DNA of 64,000 nucleotides from a virus: IMG/VR virus record IMGVR_UViG_3300032286_001614, positions 7,746 to 71,745 of that record; one strand, 5' to 3'. Shown piece by piece: positions 62,763 to 64,000 of this stretch (position 1 is its first letter; each line of letters starts with the position of its first letter). The notes under the pieces were generated by a model. It saw only the letters and a program-made list of their open reading frames with translations, ran no database searches and was not told where the DNA came from. The position numbers and the translations under genes were made by a program.

Positions 62763-63035
62763 TTATGCTTCTTCTTTGATTACTTTTGCACCCCCAAAAC
62801 TTCTTGCTCCATCATATGCTTCTGATTCACGAAAATAAATGTAAGGAGAATCTACGATGATAAATCGACTTGGCCCTTTATGATTTCTAGCCACAAATTT
62901 ACCATTAATTTGCACGGTAAATTTATATTTGCTATTTATAGCAGATTCTATATTAATATTATTATTATCAACCTTATCTAAAAGGTCGGAAACATTAGAA
63001 TGACGGTCAAATGTCTTATATGTTTTTTCCTTCAT
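62763..63035 (-). CDS. small hypothetical protein
   Basis: 90-aa ORF. Confidence 0.65.
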   Translation of the reverse strand: MKEKTYKTFDRHSNVSDLLDKVDNNNINIESAINSKYKFTVQINGKFVARNHKGPSRFIIVDSPYIYFRESEAYDGARSFGGAKVIKEEA

Positions 63036-63100
63036 GTTGTAAGTAAAAAAATAATTGTTACTAAAATTAATAGTATTACTGGGTTTACTAGCATTAATTT

Positions 63101-63361
63101 TTAATTATTTGATATTTTTTTAAATCTACTTCCAAAAACTAAATATGGAATATATTCTTTTGGTGAAATAAAATATCCATAAAATTGCATATCTTGTCCT
63201 TTGCTATTCTTATACTCACAAATTACTTCATCTTTGTCAACTCTAAAATGCTGATTTTTTGCTTTTTCTCCCATTATACAATAAAAAATCTTATCAGGAA
63301 AGCGTTCATCTTTTATTACAGATTCAATATATTCCTGTTCGGAATTAAATTTTAATCGCAT
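63101..63361 (-). CDS. small hypothetical protein
   Basis: 86-aa ORF. Confidence 0.65.
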   Translation of the reverse strand: MRLKFNSEQEYIESVIKDERFPDKIFYCIMGEKAKNQHFRVDKDEVICEYKNSKGQDMQFYGYFISPKEYIPYLVFGSRFKKISNN

Positions 63362-63373
63362 ATAACTTTTTAA

Positions 63374-63610
63374 TTAATTTGATATTCTGGCATTTATGTC
63401 AAGTTTCCATCCATGAGCTTCGCACAAAATAGTGAGTCTGTCAATATCATTTTTATTAAATTTTTCTATTTCTCCTTCTTTAAAAAATGGAGATTGTAAA
63501 TTAGGAAATAAATGTAATAATAAAATTAAATCTTTTTTGGATGGACAATATAAATATTTAATCTTATTAACTGTATCTTGTTTACTAATTTTTAATTCTA
63601 AAACAGTCAT
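63374..63610 (-). CDS. small hypothetical protein
   Basis: 78-aa ORF. Confidence 0.6.
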   Translation of the reverse strand: MTVLELKISKQDTVNKIKYLYCPSKKDLILLLHLFPNLQSPFFKEGEIEKFNKNDIDRLTILCEAHGWKLDINARISN

Positions 63611-63846
63611 GGGGTTCCAAAGAAACGAAAGTTAAGACAATTATCATCACCGGATATTTCTTCTATCCATACGGCGCACCAAGAAGAATAAACACAAACT
63701 TTACGAACCGTGCATATTTGTCCCGATTTTAGATTGTCTTCCGCTAATTTTTTCATCCTTATTACCATAGGATAATAAATCTCAGGGACAGAGATGAATT
63801 TAAGTTTATCTCCTACGGATGGGAATGGTAGTAATTTAGTTTTCAT
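63607..63846 (-). CDS. small hypothetical protein
   Basis: 79-aa ORF. Confidence 0.6.
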   Translation of the reverse strand: MKTKLLPFPSVGDKLKFISVPEIYYPMVIRMKKLAEDNLKSGQICTVRKVCVYSSWCAVWIEEISGDDNCLNFRFFGTP

Positions 63847-63849
63847 AGA

Positions 63850-63957
63850 TTAGTCGTCAAGGGCAATCCAAAACAGGAGTGCAGCAAGTAATACCCATGC
63901 TGGAGTTCCTACTATAAGTAATAGTATTATTATAAGTATAAGATATTCCTTTTTCAT
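63850..63957 (-). CDS. 35-aa membrane peptide
   Basis: Hand translation MKKEYLILIIILLLIVGTPAWVLLAALLFWIALDD*. Confidence 0.5.
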   Translation of the reverse strand: MKKEYLILIIILLLIVGTPAWVLLAALLFWIALDD

Positions 63958-64000
63958 AGTCCAAACCAAAGTTTTCTTTTTCTTTTAAGTTTTTCAGGTA

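Overview
AT-rich segment of a large tailed dsDNA phage genome (standard genetic code, almost all genes on the minus strand). 1-33 kb is the late/virion module: tape measure protein (runs off the left edge), tail chaperones, three tail-tube-like paralogs, neck proteins, major capsid, decoration protein, prohead protease/scaffold, portal, intein-containing large terminase, ERCC4 nuclease, phage sigma factor and fibre proteins. 33-38 kb carries PhoH, ClpP, Hsp20, peptidases and a lipoprotein. 38.4-47.8 kb is a gene-poor, promoter-dense island with two HTH paralogs, a repeated 16-bp palindromic operator, three copies of a small structured element between convergent promoters, a ~640-nt highly structured non-coding segment and a lysozyme. 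47.8-64 kb holds early-type small genes, an AAA+/VWA module, a GIY-YIG homing endonuclease and a deaminase-like gene. Most notable: an ADP-ribosyltransferase-like domain between GFIPNFA repeats inside the tape measure protein, the putative large ncRNA and sRNA cassettes, and a Thr-initiated intein. All calls come from manual motif reading; no database searches or folding programs were run.
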